Translations under genes and position numbers: made by a program
Notes under the pieces: generated by a model
Database searches by the model: none
The model's input: the letters and a program-made list of their open reading frames with translations, nothing else
Told to the model about the DNA's origin: nothing
In this document: in pieces, positions 23,763 through 37,255 of the stretch
Numbering within the stretch: the first letter of the stretch is position 1
Layout: the number at the start of each line of letters is the position of its first letter
DNA from: Balanoglossus misakiensis
Lineage: Eukaryota > Animalia > Hemichordata
Direction: 5' to 3'
NCBI GenBank assembly: GCA_040954595.2
Contig: CM082580.2
Span: 9,030,390 to 9,094,389, forward strand
DNA length: 64,000 nt

Positions 23763-26700
23763 ATGGGTAACTCCTGCGCGACAGATTCCAAGACATCGGC
23801 GGACTACGTTGTGTGCGTGAAGACTGGCGACCACAAAGGTTCCGGCACCGACGCCAATGTTTTCGTCGCGTTTTACAATGACACTGGCAAGAGGTCGCGA
23901 GACATACGGCTGGACGTCAGGTGGAGGGACGATTTTCGGCGGGGGAAGGAAGACCGCTTTCCCGTCAAAAACCTCGCCAATTTCGGCCCGGTGAAGAAGA
24001 TCGAACTTTGGCGCGACCAGTCCGGCGCGGATTCCGACTGGTACGTGGACGTGGTGAAAGTGGCGGTGTCCGGCAGCAAAGGGGAGCATGCGTTCCCCGT
24101 GCAACGCTGGGTCACCGATAAACACCTGTTGCTTCGAGAACACGACTCTTGTCTCCCGCAGGACGATCCGCACACCGAGCAGCGCAAAGAAGAGTTGGAC
24201 AAAAAGAGGGAACTTTACGGTTTTACAAGTAAAAGTGAAGGAATGCCTGCACAGGTAGGTGAACCTATCACATTTATTACACGTGAAATATGATGTCCAC
24301 GCCTTGCAGTAATTCGTGGACGGACTAAGTTTTCGAGTACAGACCAGTAATTCTTTCATGAGGGTATATGTATGCATGCTTGTACCGCATACGTATACGT
24401 ACGTGTATGAGTAACTCGTTTTGGACTTTTTATGTTGCCAGGTCGAAGAATGTCCACGTGACGAAATGTTTTCTGATGACTACAAGGTAATGTTATTTTT
24501 TTATTTGGATTCCACGTTGGACATCAGTGGAACACAAACATAATTACTGATGACGATGACGACGGCTTTTATGCTCGTACATCACGTACAATGAAGAATA
24601 CTAAAAAGAACAGCACGTCAAACCTCTTCCTCCGCACATTTGAACATGATGATAAAATTACAGATATATAAAATATCTATTTCAGTGGGATATTGTGAAA
24701 AATAAAGCACAACTAATTATGCAGAGTAAAATCACAGGAATGACGTCATCGGCCTGGGACAGCCTGGATGACCTCATCAATGTATACAGCGACAACCTGC
24801 CAACACCTGCGGTGAGTTGAGTAGTGCATCTTTTGTTCTAACGAGTGTTCTTTCTTTCTTTGTTTCTTTGTGCATACAAACTGGCTTGATGAATCTCCGT
24901 TTGAAGTTTCCGACTGTCAAATCGCTGCAGTATTTGTCAAAAAGCGATATTTCTTACGTTGTCAACTGTTTTCATCTGTCTATGTGGTTTTTCATTAATC
25001 CAGGGCGTCAACAATTGGAAAAGTGACATCGAGTTCGGTATGCAGCGTTTGACTGGTTGCAATCCGACAATAATTCGACAATGTACGAAGATTCCCGAAA
25101 AGTAAGTCCATTCATGTTGTTTCCTAAATCCACGAACTGATGTTTGAAAATACAATACACTTTTCCGCTTGCAGATGTAAAAGAACATCTGTGCACATTG
25201 TACGTTCGGGATAGTGAATCGGCTTCATATATTTGATTCGCAAGGGGCGCGTATACAATTTAGACGAATTTGCTTCTCAGCGCCGTTTTCTTTATCACCA
25301 CTCAGTTTCGGCGTGACGAATGAAATGATGCAACCACTTCTGGAAGATTTCACCTTGGAAGAGGCCATCTCTCAGAAGCGACTGTACATAGTCAACTTGG
25401 AAGTACTGAAGGACCTAGAGTGTACGGATAACAGAAAGGTGAACGCACTTCTGTGTATAAAAGAAACGAACTCCAATCAGCATGCTTATGATGTGTGTGC
25501 ACATGTAAAATAAATCGTCGCAAAATATATAAGATCTGCAAAGAAGGTACAATTTCCTATAATACTAAAGAGACACATCGATTTCGCAAAATTCTGATTG
25601 TTCAATTTATAGGGGGGACAGTCGCTTCACTTTGGAAGATTATTTTCTGTTCACGAGCGATGCTTTCGATTTGAGTCGCTTTGCTTTTACATGTCCAGAG
25701 GTAACTGCCCCACAACCTTTAATATAAAAGTCGCACATACAGGAATTTCGCGTTTTTTTATTACTTCCAGGTTTGCGCACCCATAGCACTGTTCTTTGTA
25801 AATAACGAGAAGGATCTCATGCCAGTTGCCATACAACTTGAACAAGAGAAGAGTGAAAACAATCCGGTAAGGGCCTGGACAGAATTTACAGGGAAGTTAC
25901 CCTTACTCAAAAATGCTTGCGCAACATTTTAGTGAAAGGTGCTTCAAGACACGCCTGCTGTAAAAACAGAGATTGTGTGTATGTAAAAGTGTATGTTAGA
26001 GTTTAGAGTTTGTTGTTGATAACAACCAAGTTGCTGAATATTCTCTTTCACCAGGTGTTCCTGCCGACCGATCCGGAGTACACCTGGATGTTGGCTAAAA
26101 TGTACTACAACAATGCTGATGCGTCCGTCCACCAGTCAAGTACACACCTGGGATTTACCCATCTCATTATTGAGTCCATCGCTGTATGCACACACCGTAA
26201 CCTGTCGCCTTCGCATCCGCTGTTCCGTCTGCTGGCGCCGCATTTCCTCTATCTCATCGCCATCAACAGGTAGGTACCTACAATATTAAAAACGAGTACT
26301 AGTTTAGTACAAGATGCACTTTCCCATCTCCGCTACAGCTCTGAATATTGTAATCTTATGGTGTACTTTAAGTTTTCTTGTGTGAATATATCGTTGAGGG
26401 TTTAATACAATTTTGTCTCTCGTTCTTTCTCCCTCTCTCTCTCCCCCTCTCTCCCTTCCTACTTCGCCTCTCACGTACTCCATGAAGCCTAGCACTTGCC
26501 AAGCTAGTAGCTCCTGGTGGTTGGGTCGACAAATGCATGACAATCGGTCGGATCGGGATGTTTGGCATTATACGTCGTAAGTTTCAAGATTGGAGAATGG
26601 ACGTGCAGGGGACATTGCCCAGGGACCTTGAGGACCGGGGCGTGACCAACAGCGATGTTTTACCCTGCTACCACTATCGAGACGATGCTCTGCTGCTTTA

Positions 26701-28385
26701 CAACGCCATCAAGAATTACGTCAGTGTGATCGTCACGGCGCATTATGGTAGGTAGAAACTGGAAATTCTATATTGTCACTTTACTAACGTGTTGATGACC
26801 AAGGTACAAATTAACAACCACGGTGTTTTTCTATTGATTGCTGTCGATGCATTATTTTATCACGGTATCTCTGTCTCTTATGAAGTTGCTCTGCAGTCAT
26901 CATAATTATCAGATCATCAAATTCTACAAAACAAACCTAGACATTTTATATTGGCGTAGACTTGCAATCTCGGTATACTAATACCCCATTCGTACGTTAC
27001 TTTTTCGTCACAGGTGCTCAAGACAAAATACTTGAAGATGAAGAGCTTCAGACGTGGGGTAAAGAGATGACGACACCAATGCCTGAAGGATTTGGAATCC
27101 AGGTACTTTCATGTTACGGTTTCAGTTACTTTCTTCCGAGGAGGGAGACAAGGGGGGGGGGACAGAGATACACACAGAGAAACAAGGGGAGAGAGACGGA
27201 TAGACACACAGACAGACAGAGATGGGAGACAGAGAGAGCCAAGTGAGTTTAAAATACTTACACGTGTCTGACCAGTTACAAATAATCACTTTTTCCTTAG
27301 GGTGTTCCTGGTGACGGCAATTTCACATCAGTTGAGGAGATTATTCGGACGGTGACTTCCATCATCTTCATCAGCAGTGTTGGCCATGCCGCCGCCAACT
27401 TCGCCCAATATGACGAATACGGATTCCCTCCAAACTACCCAGCTATGCTGCATGGTAACCCACCCACTTCTAAGGTAGGTATTGACTCTCAGTAAGCCCT
27501 GTTAAGTTTTACATTAAGCAGTAATATGAACTTTTGTAATGATTCAACGAGGTTATGAAATCGAAGGGTACGGGATGAAACAATACTCAGAACGTTAACA
27601 ACCCCAATACCTGCATCTTCGTCTCGCCACTTCTACAATAAAAATAACACAACTGATAAAAGAGATTTGTTTAATAGAAAAGTCCCCTCCGACTTTGTCT
27701 CGTATTTCCTCCAGGAACCCATCACGGAACAAGACGTTTTGGAGCAACTTGCGAACAAAGAAGACACCTTTGACATCATGATCGTGACCAAGATACTGAG
27801 TGATAGAGGCACCAACGCGCTCGCAGATTTTGAAGTCAAGTATCAGTATGACCCCGTCGGAGAAAAGGCCTTACAAGAGTAAGTAAAAGGAAACATCCGG
27901 GGTATATGCGAAAGCCCAATCATGGTCCCTCCATCACCATGGCCAAACGCCAATCTGATTAAAATCAGATGTAGGGAACGGCGACGTGGTTTTTTATGCT
28001 GTCGTCGCCGTTCCCTACATCTGATTTTAATCAGATTGGGCCAAACGCATACTTGAGGCCCATATACGAATCTATTCTCCTGAATTATAAGACTCCAAAA
28101 TCGATCACACATTAGAGATTTTCGTCATATAACATGGCAATATTTTTGATGCCAAATAAACTCGTTGCACATAAGACCTGTTGTTTGTATGTACATTAAT
28201 TAGATACTAACAACTTGCTTGATATGTGGAAAACCAGGAAATTAACCCAGTTTTCTAATTTTTTTTTCAGATTCAAGAAAGAATTGATAAACATAGAAGG
28301 CATCATCACGTCACGTAATAAGTCACGTGGTACACCCTACCCTTACTTGGACCCCCGTGAAGTTCCAAATGCCATCAGTATTTAA
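23763..28385 (+). CDS. Lipoxygenase (PLAT + LOX catalytic domain), animal ALOX-like
   Basis: Twelve in-frame GT-AG exons (first 23763-24253, last 28271-28385); PLAT YVVCVKTGDHKGSGTDANV; iron ligands HQSSTHLGFTHL, HAAANF and C-terminal VPNAISI*; WMLAKMY and HYRDDALL motifs. Confidence 0.95.
27950..28039. mobile_element. 90-bp hairpin MITE in the last lipoxygenase intron
   Basis: Perfect 37-bp TIRs CCAATCTGATTAAAATCAGATGTAGGGAACGGCGACG, 16-bp loop, perfect 8-bp TSD GCCAAACG. Confidence 0.92.
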
Positions 28386-29373
28386 ACGGAGTGTGAGGGC
28401 GCATTTCGTAGTTACGCACTGACTGCCGTCAGACACGGGAACTGTCCACGGATAAAGGAAGACCAGGCCGTTAAAAGGACCATTTACAAATGGTCTTATT
28501 TTACACAAGGTGTAGAAATACACTGGCAAGCGTGGGTGTATTTTGGGAGCAAAACCACAGTAAGCGTATGCATTTAATTTTTACGACGTCTTTTAATAAT
28601 GGAGATCATCTCCAAAACAATTTCTTTCACACAGTCTTGACAAAGTGGTACTTTTTAAATACAAAGATTTAAAACTACTCTCTAAAAGGATTCTCAAAGT
28701 GTAAATCAATGTGACGAACAATGGCAAAAATAACTTTTCTTGAAAATGAAAGTGAAAAATCACTCGGCATGACAAAAACAAACAAAAGCATAAAATAATA
28801 TTCTCTTGAATGAAAAGACAAACACTCTGGAAATACACAAGAAGAAATCTTGCATTATTCATGGCACTACTTATAAATTATGGCAGCACGTTGAGACGAT
28901 ATTTAAAAAAAAATGTGATGAACTGCCTATGTTATGCATGGGAATGTTTTCTCCACTCAACTGGCAAATATATTGGCTACTTGACATAAAATTGCACGAA
29001 ATAGCTTTAAAACGTCAGTTCAAAGTATGTGTTGATGGCGACAAATTGGTTCGTGATTTCCATGTCCCTATGTCTTAAAGGTGCAATTTTCAACCCCTGC
29101 TTCTACTTTGGAATATTTAGCGAGTTAACCCAGTTGCTTTTGGATAAAGGTGATAACAGACCTGCATCTTTAAATATTACTGTAAATGTTAAAACTGCCG
29201 CAGAAGAGGATTTTACCTTCTCTCCAAGGTGATGCTTTTGTTCTTAATTTATTTGTTTGTCGCAAGAAGAAGAAAAATATTCCTATATCTACAATAAATA
29301 TTTACACCAACAATGTGATAAAGTTCTATGTATGTATATATACATAGTACGTGTAAACTTAAGAATATGTTAA

Positions 29374-29458
29374 CCCTTTCACTGACATAGTTTGGTCCAA
29401 CTCCACTGTTTTCCATAACAGTGCTGGACCTTTTTACAGGGAAATGGGGGTGAAAGGG
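29374..29458. mobile_element. piggyBac-like MITE
   Basis: TTAA|CCCTTTCAC...GTGAAAGGG|TTAA; related inverted copy at 48010-48102. Confidence 0.8.
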
Positions 29459-29670
29459 TTAAATGAAAGGTAGACATCATTATGCCTATGGTGGTGAAGG
29501 GGGTCCAGCATTAAATGTCTTGGAATGTCCCTCTCGATAATCAAGATGGCTGGTGCCTTGAATTCTTGCTATCTTAAATAGTTTTTACTTCATGCTAGGC
29601 GGTCAAACCATGTTATGATAACTCCCTTTCCTCTTTATGGTCAAATCCTACGCGCTCTTTGCAGAACATT

Positions 29671-32600
29671 TTAGAGTAATGGTTCTGTTCCATTCCAGTC
29701 AACAACAGCTCCTTTCCATCTGTGAAGTGAAGGAAATCAAAATATATCAGTGTTACTTACACAGACATGCACGCACACACACATAGTCCTATAAGATCAA
29801 CACAAACAAACACGATTGATCACTCACTTGGTTCTAATGCAGTGGTCTATGGGAGGTACCAATTCTTCTTCAGGTGGTGGCACATAGTTCAAAGTGGTAT
29901 CTGAAATGACACACGGTGATTACACCAAGTTATGCATACTGATATCAAGGCATGACATTACTGTACTGTTCGTTTGTACAAAGACTATGTTAACTATACT
30001 AGACTACAGTACAGTACACTACAGTACAGTACAGTACAGTACAAAGACAATCAGACAAAAAAATCTGCAGACTCACCCACAGTCAGTCTGATTTCTTCCT
30101 CTTGTCTCGCAAGCCCATCGTAGTAATACAAATCAAATCGTCTCTCAGCTCTCCAGTCGCTCAGCAAAATTTTCTTGACGCAGAAGAGAACACTAAAATG
30201 GCTCTCACTGCAAATCACCCAGATGGGAAAACGTGGTGTCTTCAAATTACTTCCAACCTGGGAAAAAGACGTGAAACAATCAGAGCCTGATAATGACTCC
30301 ATGCAGTGTACTTTTATCTGTGCATTATATTTTGAAAGCTGCATAATTTGCAAGCTGATTATTATCAACTTCTTCTGGTCATCGCTGCCTTGTCCTAAAC
30401 ACCTACAACTCAGAGCAACAGGGTGAATAATGGTAAAAGACCAAGAATGTCTCCAACCAGGAAAATGACGAATTACCTCACAGGAGCCGTAGTGTTCAAA
30501 GAGTGAGAGGAGGCCCACGTCGCTTCTCGACTTGACGCCTTTCAGTATGGCTACATCTGTGCCTCCAGAATCCAACTCCATAATGTCATTGAAGACATTG
30601 GACACTGCTGTACCAGTCAGGATCAGGTTCACCATTTCCTGTTTATAAACAGGACAAAATAATCCATGAAAAAAAAATCATTTTTACTGTGCACTGTAGA
30701 TTTTTTAATTTTAGACGTCCATTATTTCAGTAATCTGGAGAGGGCAAAAAAAGTTTCCGAAATCTACAGGAAAAGAGAGTTGGTACCTGTGTGCAGTAGC
30801 CATGCTGACCCATAAGTTTGTTTGTTGGCTCATCCATGTCTCCTATGACACTGTAGACAAGACAATAATAACATGTCATGTGAAGCTATTTTTTCACATT
30901 ACCTGTTTGCTATGAGGAGTATGAAATAAATTTCACTTTCATACTACTTACTTGTCGATTGTCCTGGACAGTATGACAGAGTACAAAAGTAAAATGACGC
31001 CACCGCAGCTGGCACTTTCAAACACACTGACGTTAACGTTGATGAAGTCCAGGACTTCGTCAAACTTGGTAAACGTATTCAGTACAAGCTGAAATGATAA
31101 TCAAGATGAGACAGTGGATTATTATATGCGATGATGTAGAAATGGAAGATGATCACTGTCTTGTAAAAGGTATTACCGGGGGGAACCTGGACTGATTTCA
31201 TAAATATGTATTGTAATCTGTTCTGGCAGAATTTAGACATCGTATGCTCTACATGCACTCAGTTGAAGCCACGCTTACCGTCTCTGTGAGTTGATCTGGT
31301 TTGTAGCGACCTCCTCCAGAAAATATTGATCTTCCCGATGGCCTGCAATCATAAAAATACAATTACCTGTACATGTACATTGTACATAGAAGAATCAGTA
31401 ACAAGCGATGTATAAAAAGGCTGAAGGTTAAGAAATGTGTATTGTAGAGGTTGAATCACTGCCAGGGTCGAAGGTCGCAAAAATTACTCACAGTGCCACC
31501 ACTGCTTGTTTCTTTTCTCCCGCCCTCCAAAGTATTTCTGATATGGCTTCTGCAAGCGCCTCCGATCTCTCCGCTCGTGTCGGTTCAAGACTGACTATGG
31601 ATGCCACTCTGTCCTTCCCGAACAGCAACTGTTGTAACATGCATGCCTGAACAGATGCTAGAACCCCACATGGCCCACCCTGTAGATAGGAAAATAGTCA
31701 CAGGAATCGCCTTCAAAAGCTGGTACAGTGTCTAATATCATGGGCAAAGGCTGGGGTTATGCTCTCATTCTGAAAGCGTTCTCCCAACTGACAACACTCC
31801 AGCCATTATGTTCAATTGTGAAACAGGCTTCATTTATGAGACACACTACAGACACTATGGTGGTTAATAGCGGAGACTGGTGTTCTATTTACTCCAACTA
31901 TTATCTTCAAAAACTTTCTGGATTATTAATCTGCCATGTATATCATACCTTGTGTTGCACAAAACCGTACTCCAGTCTTGTCTTATCACAAAACTCAAAG
32001 CCTTGGTTTCTCCATTCGGCATTGAAAACAGACGACGGCGATCCAAACATTAAATTTTTCAGTTCCTGCGGAAAGATCAAACATCGAACATGTAGTTGGC
32101 TAGATCGCTTGGTTTGCATACCTGTCATTTTATCTCAAGACAAACTCACATGGTTATACCTTGTACTCACCATAGCTTGCTGTAGTGTGATAGGTTTAGC
32201 GTCAACAATGTTCTTCAGTTGTGTCTTCGGTATGGGCGCTATCTGGATGTCTCCGAAATCAGTCTCCAGCTCGTCAACATCTCCAAATTCCAAATCACCA
32301 ACAGTTGCTACAGGCTTCTCTGCATTTGTTCCAGATTTCCGCCTCCTAAAGGACAATTTGAAGAAGAAACCGATGATGTAAATCTCACAAACTACCTTAA
32401 AAGAGACATAACATCTGTACGAATCGAGCCGATGGACAAGAATGTTCTGAAATATGAACAAGATGGCATTCCTTACTTCTTCTCCTCAGCTATTTTATCC
32501 TCTTTCAGAAATGAACTCTCTTGATTTTCGTCTAAGATTTTTGTGATTACATTGTCTTTCCCCTTAATGTTTCCTCGGTTGCCGTCCTGTCGTGATTTGC

Positions 32601-34579
32601 TGGAGACCGGCCTGTCCATTAGTGAGTCCGTTTTGTCTTCTGTGATTTTGTCACTGGTCACGTCCACTGGATTTTCATTGCCCAGGTAGAAATCCAACTT
32701 TGACGAGAGTGATGAGGGTGTGAAATTGCTGGTTTTCTGCTTCCGTCTCCGTCCAAGATCCTGTGAGGATACAGTCATGATAAAAGAACATGGTAAACTT
32801 GAGTATGTTTTTGTTTTGTTTATTAAAGGTATACAGACACCTCTGGGATAATAAAAAAAAAATCTATGATGAATATTTTCTTCATGTGCTTGGAATCTCT
32901 AAGCTTGAGATCTCTGTTACAAGTTACATGTAACCCCCCCCCCCCCCCCCCCCGAAGCCTAAACCCCTCTATACATGGGTATCACCAGATAATTACGTTT
33001 AATTATGAGAGCTATCATAGATGGGTGACAACTCACATTGTTGCTACTGATGATAGGACCTGACATCACTCCACGATTTCGATTACTGGACGACATCGGT
33101 CTGTTGACCTTTCCAGGTGATTTGTCTTCTCTGAATTTATTTTCTTCACTGGGTGGCGTTTTCACGTCTTCTATGAGTGCAGAGGGCCTGTGAAAATCAG
33201 TCCTCGCTGGAGCGGGCTCGGGCTCCGGTTCTGGTTTTGGTGCTGCCCTTGATGTGGTTGATTTTTTGACTGTCGTTGTGCGATGAGTTGGCCCTAAGTC
33301 TGTCTGTGGTAGTCCACCCAGATCTGGTTAGATGTACATGTAATTGTAAAAAATGGTTATACATCATGTGTTTGATGCTAAAAATAATTCACATACATGT
33401 ATAGGAGTTGACCAGCAACTAATGGATCAGATGCAGCATTTCACAGCGGGGTTTGAAGTGATAGCTTTAGACTCAATAATCAAATACATGTATATTCATA
33501 AAAGCATCACTAATACCCAACTGACACTTACCCATAACTTCCATGTCACCTTCTAAGTCCCACGTCCCTGTTTTACTGGGCTTATCCGATCTGTTACTTT
33601 TGCTCGTGGCTGGCCTATGGGTCTCCTTTGCCAGCGAGGGCTCTGAAGCACTTGTGGAGATGGCATTCTTGCTTGACAGTTTGTCCAGCAGGTATTTAGT
33701 GATCACTTCCAGCATGGTTCTGAAAGGGGTTTCATGTTCCTGGCAAAAATAATCAGACGTCAGTCAAACTTCATTGTATCATTACAGTGACACAACTTGT
33801 GCCCCAATAATACATTAGGCTTACTTTTCTTTTCTTTTTTAAACTAACATTTTAAATTACTTTTAGTACAGTCTGGTACAGAACTGAAGTGTATACCATT
33901 TCATCTGACCAAGTGCTGTACTAAGTGTCAGCTTACTTTGTTCTTTTTCAGGAGTCTCTCAATGTTGAGTTCCTTGGCTAACTGCACTCTGTTACTGATG
34001 CTGGCTTTTGTGCGCGGAAATTCAGTGTCCATGGTCTCCAGTGTGTTCTTGAAGCCCTAACAAAGCAAAGCAAAGCAAAGCAAAACCAGAGATTAAAATT
34101 GTCATTGGTGTGCTGTTGAAAATGCTAATCTCTGTATACGATGATCAGCCAAACTGCCGGTAGCCGTACTATTAACACATCTCTTCACGGTGATCTATGC
34201 TACTACACGATCACCCTCAAACAATGTGACGATCCATCTCTCGATCAACCACTCCCCACAAACAATGAGTGTCAATACCAAGTGTATAGCTATGTCAGAA
34301 TGTCAGCGTGATGGGTGTTCGGATTTCTCCTGGTCAATTTCTTCTATGTTCCGATCTCTTTTTCAAATGTTTGTCCTGATCCAAGTCTTAAGTCAAACCC
34401 CTCAACAACGGAGTTTGTGACAACACTGTCATGACAGTCTGTCACTTTGCCACGATATGAATGCCAATGTTTTCATGCTAAAATTTTCAGTCTTTCGAAT
34501 TCGGCACGTAATTTACCTTCCTCGCCAAATATTCCCGGACAAGTGATGCCGTCAGGCTTTCAACGTTTGATGGGTCCAT
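29671..34579 (-). CDS. MINDY4: Deubiquitinase MINDY-4 (FAM188B)
   Basis: Multi-exon. N-terminus [21 protein letters not shown]; catalytic region [15 protein letters not shown]; [25 protein letters not shown]; [12 protein letters not shown]; C-terminus [10 protein letters not shown]. Confidence 0.93.
30007..30043. repeat. (ACAGT)n microsatellite
   Basis: acagtacagtacactacagtacagtacagtacagtaca in a MINDY4 intron. Confidence 0.85.
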
Positions 34580-37255
34580 TCTCTCAAGATCCGCTTGTCA
34601 CTTTCCGTCGATCGACGATTTCTTCAGCAAAATTATCGCTATTTTTTACCGGTTGCTGTCATGTCAACAGACGCTGAACAAAAATGTGGACGCCGCCATA
34701 TTGCGAACTGCATGGGATTGTGGGTACTAACGGAAGTTCAATGACCTCACGCAGAATTGCGTGTTTTTTTTTTGCTCCATTTTATTCTGAACTTCATCTT
34801 CAATTGTAAATCAGCTCAAATGAATTCTATAATTAAGTCAAGCCAACAAACTCAGGTCAATGTCAAGGTCTCTTTATTTACAAGTTCACTCAGAATCATA
34901 CATGACCCACACACAAAGTAAAAGACTCTGAACTTCAAGAAAATTGTGGCTTATATATACATGCAATGTGGAATCATAAAAAAACATACCACATCAAATA
35001 CACTGTCATATCCCCCCCCCCCCAAATCATTTTGCTTTTGTTTTCCATACTGGTGTTTTTTCATATCATAAATGTATTGATCAGAGCACATGCATATAGC
35101 TTCATGAAATTTATTCCACGATTTGGTTCATCTTTGTAGTTGTATCAGCTAGCACACAGTTGTAACTAACAAAACTGCGTTTAATGTGGTCATTACCAAT
35201 GCAAGTAAATTTAGAAACTCAAAAATAATTACAGGGGGCACAAAAACAATACTGGTCTTCAAACAATACTACTAAACTGTGCTGCTGGAATGTATACAAT
35301 AAATTTTAAATATCTGTGATTTGGCTGTTCAACTTTGTACATGTATTGGCTGTTTTTGTTGGCCGTCATCTTCTGTAGATGTTGATGGGAGTGAGACACT
35401 GTATCATGAAGTAAAATCAAAGAATGTTTTGTAGTTTGTAACAAAATGTCAAAAGATACTTGTTTATTTCTGGCCTACAATTTGAATAAGAAATAGTGAT
35501 GCATATTTCAGAAAAAATTAAAGCTTTTGTTTGAATCAGAACACAATTTTGTAGTTTTAGCAAAAAAATATTTCACAGAAATTCAACATTGCGCAGTAAA
35601 AGGCAATCTGACTATTTAAAGCTCATTCCACACAGAGCAATGTCTTTCATACCATTACTTATTAAGCTACTGTGCATTTAAGGCGACTTCTTTTTGGGGG
35701 TGCACTGGCATGTACATAATACCATTGCTGCTACATATTTCACGATGTAAATAATAGTAAAAGTAGTAAAAACCTCAGTACACTGCAGTTAAAACAATTC
35801 ATGATGAGATAAATTTCTTACAATATGTGCCAAAACTGAAATGTGATAGCATAGAATGACTGGCGTTAACCAGCAAAAGACATTTTCTTGAACAAAGCAC
35901 AAGACATAATGTTGAAATGTGCATGATAATACAAAGAAGGCACAAATTGATAAAATACTGAAGATTGTAAGCACAGGCTTGCTGTAGAATACTGAAAAAG
36001 ATAAAAAGTTTTCATTAAGCACATGATAAAATGGGTGGACTAGTGACAAATTAATGTTTTTACCATATATGTGAACAGTGTCATGATATTAAAACAAACA
36101 TAATTTGTACTGTAAACATGACTATATCCAAAACTTTGTCCACTTGCTTTTAACTTGTCAGAACTTTCGGACAATTTAAATGGATGGACATCTGTTTTTC
36201 CTTTCAAATATCTCCAATGCTTTTATTTTTTGCATGATTAAGTAGCACATATTTAATACAGATTCAGACTTTTATACCCTGCAGAAATGTCAGCTTTAAA
36301 ATAATACTCAGTGGTTTTGAATTGGCTGTTGAAAAATAATTTACAGCACTATAAAAGTTTTACAATGTAACAGGAATTCAAGTTGTATCTGGTGCAGCGT
36401 CCACTGACAAAATTCTCAAGCAGCTTAGCAAGTACATTACAAAACTGATGCAAATGCAGGATGAGTACTTGTGTGATGAAAGCAGATCACTGAATGAATT
36501 CTCTATTTTTTGTTTCAAGGCACAAGCAGAAGGTGAACAGGAGTAGCACATGAAGTATTTTTTTTCTGTACCTATATACGCAAATACTGCTTAAATGCAC
36601 TAAACGTCCTTATCAACAGTCCCGTAACGTACTCTCTGAACTAAAAGCAATCTAAAAAATAATTCTTTAATTTGTTCCATTGATTCCTGTAAATGGAATT
36701 TGTAACACTTCATTTATGGACAGAGTGAAACACGGTGCCGTTTTCCCTAGTAAGCTAATTATTCTTTGCTGGAAAATCACAAACATCATTCAGTATTCCT
36801 GATATTGATATTGATATTGCAAAAGACCAAACAACCACTGCAAATGTCCAGTGCAAATGTCCATTCTATTAAAACATACCGGTACAAACACATTAAAAGT
36901 GCAAGTCACAAACTTTTGATGTTTGGTGTCAGATGTTGCTTGTCACTGCAGACAGTGGAAACCACTAATAATCTCTGACTGATTTGCATATATCCCATAG
37001 CATAAAACCAGCTTGGGGTAGGGAAAGGGGGGTGGGTGGGAAAGGGACAGGGGATCATTCTGAATGGAAGCAGTCGGTTCATCTGCATAGGATGTCAGCT
37101 GCCATGACCAAGTTATTATGAGGCTGATGATTCTAGATGCAAAGACCACTTTGCGTTCATTCAGATGTCATGGTAAGGTTTCCATGCAGCAGATGGAGGT
37201 TCAGTAGCACAATCCTTTCTCGTACCATTATGCTCCTTGTACGTACAGATTTCAA

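Noticed and set aside
21821-24377. Long antisense ORFs (198 aa and 206 aa)
   Set aside because: They are shadows of GC-rich sense exons of the sulfotransferase-like and LOX genes
29076-29173. Possible Kolobok-like MITE (TTAA-AG...CT-TTAA); similar ends near 3222, 32823 and 56660
   Set aside because: The inverted match is only about 7 bp or the partner end is missing
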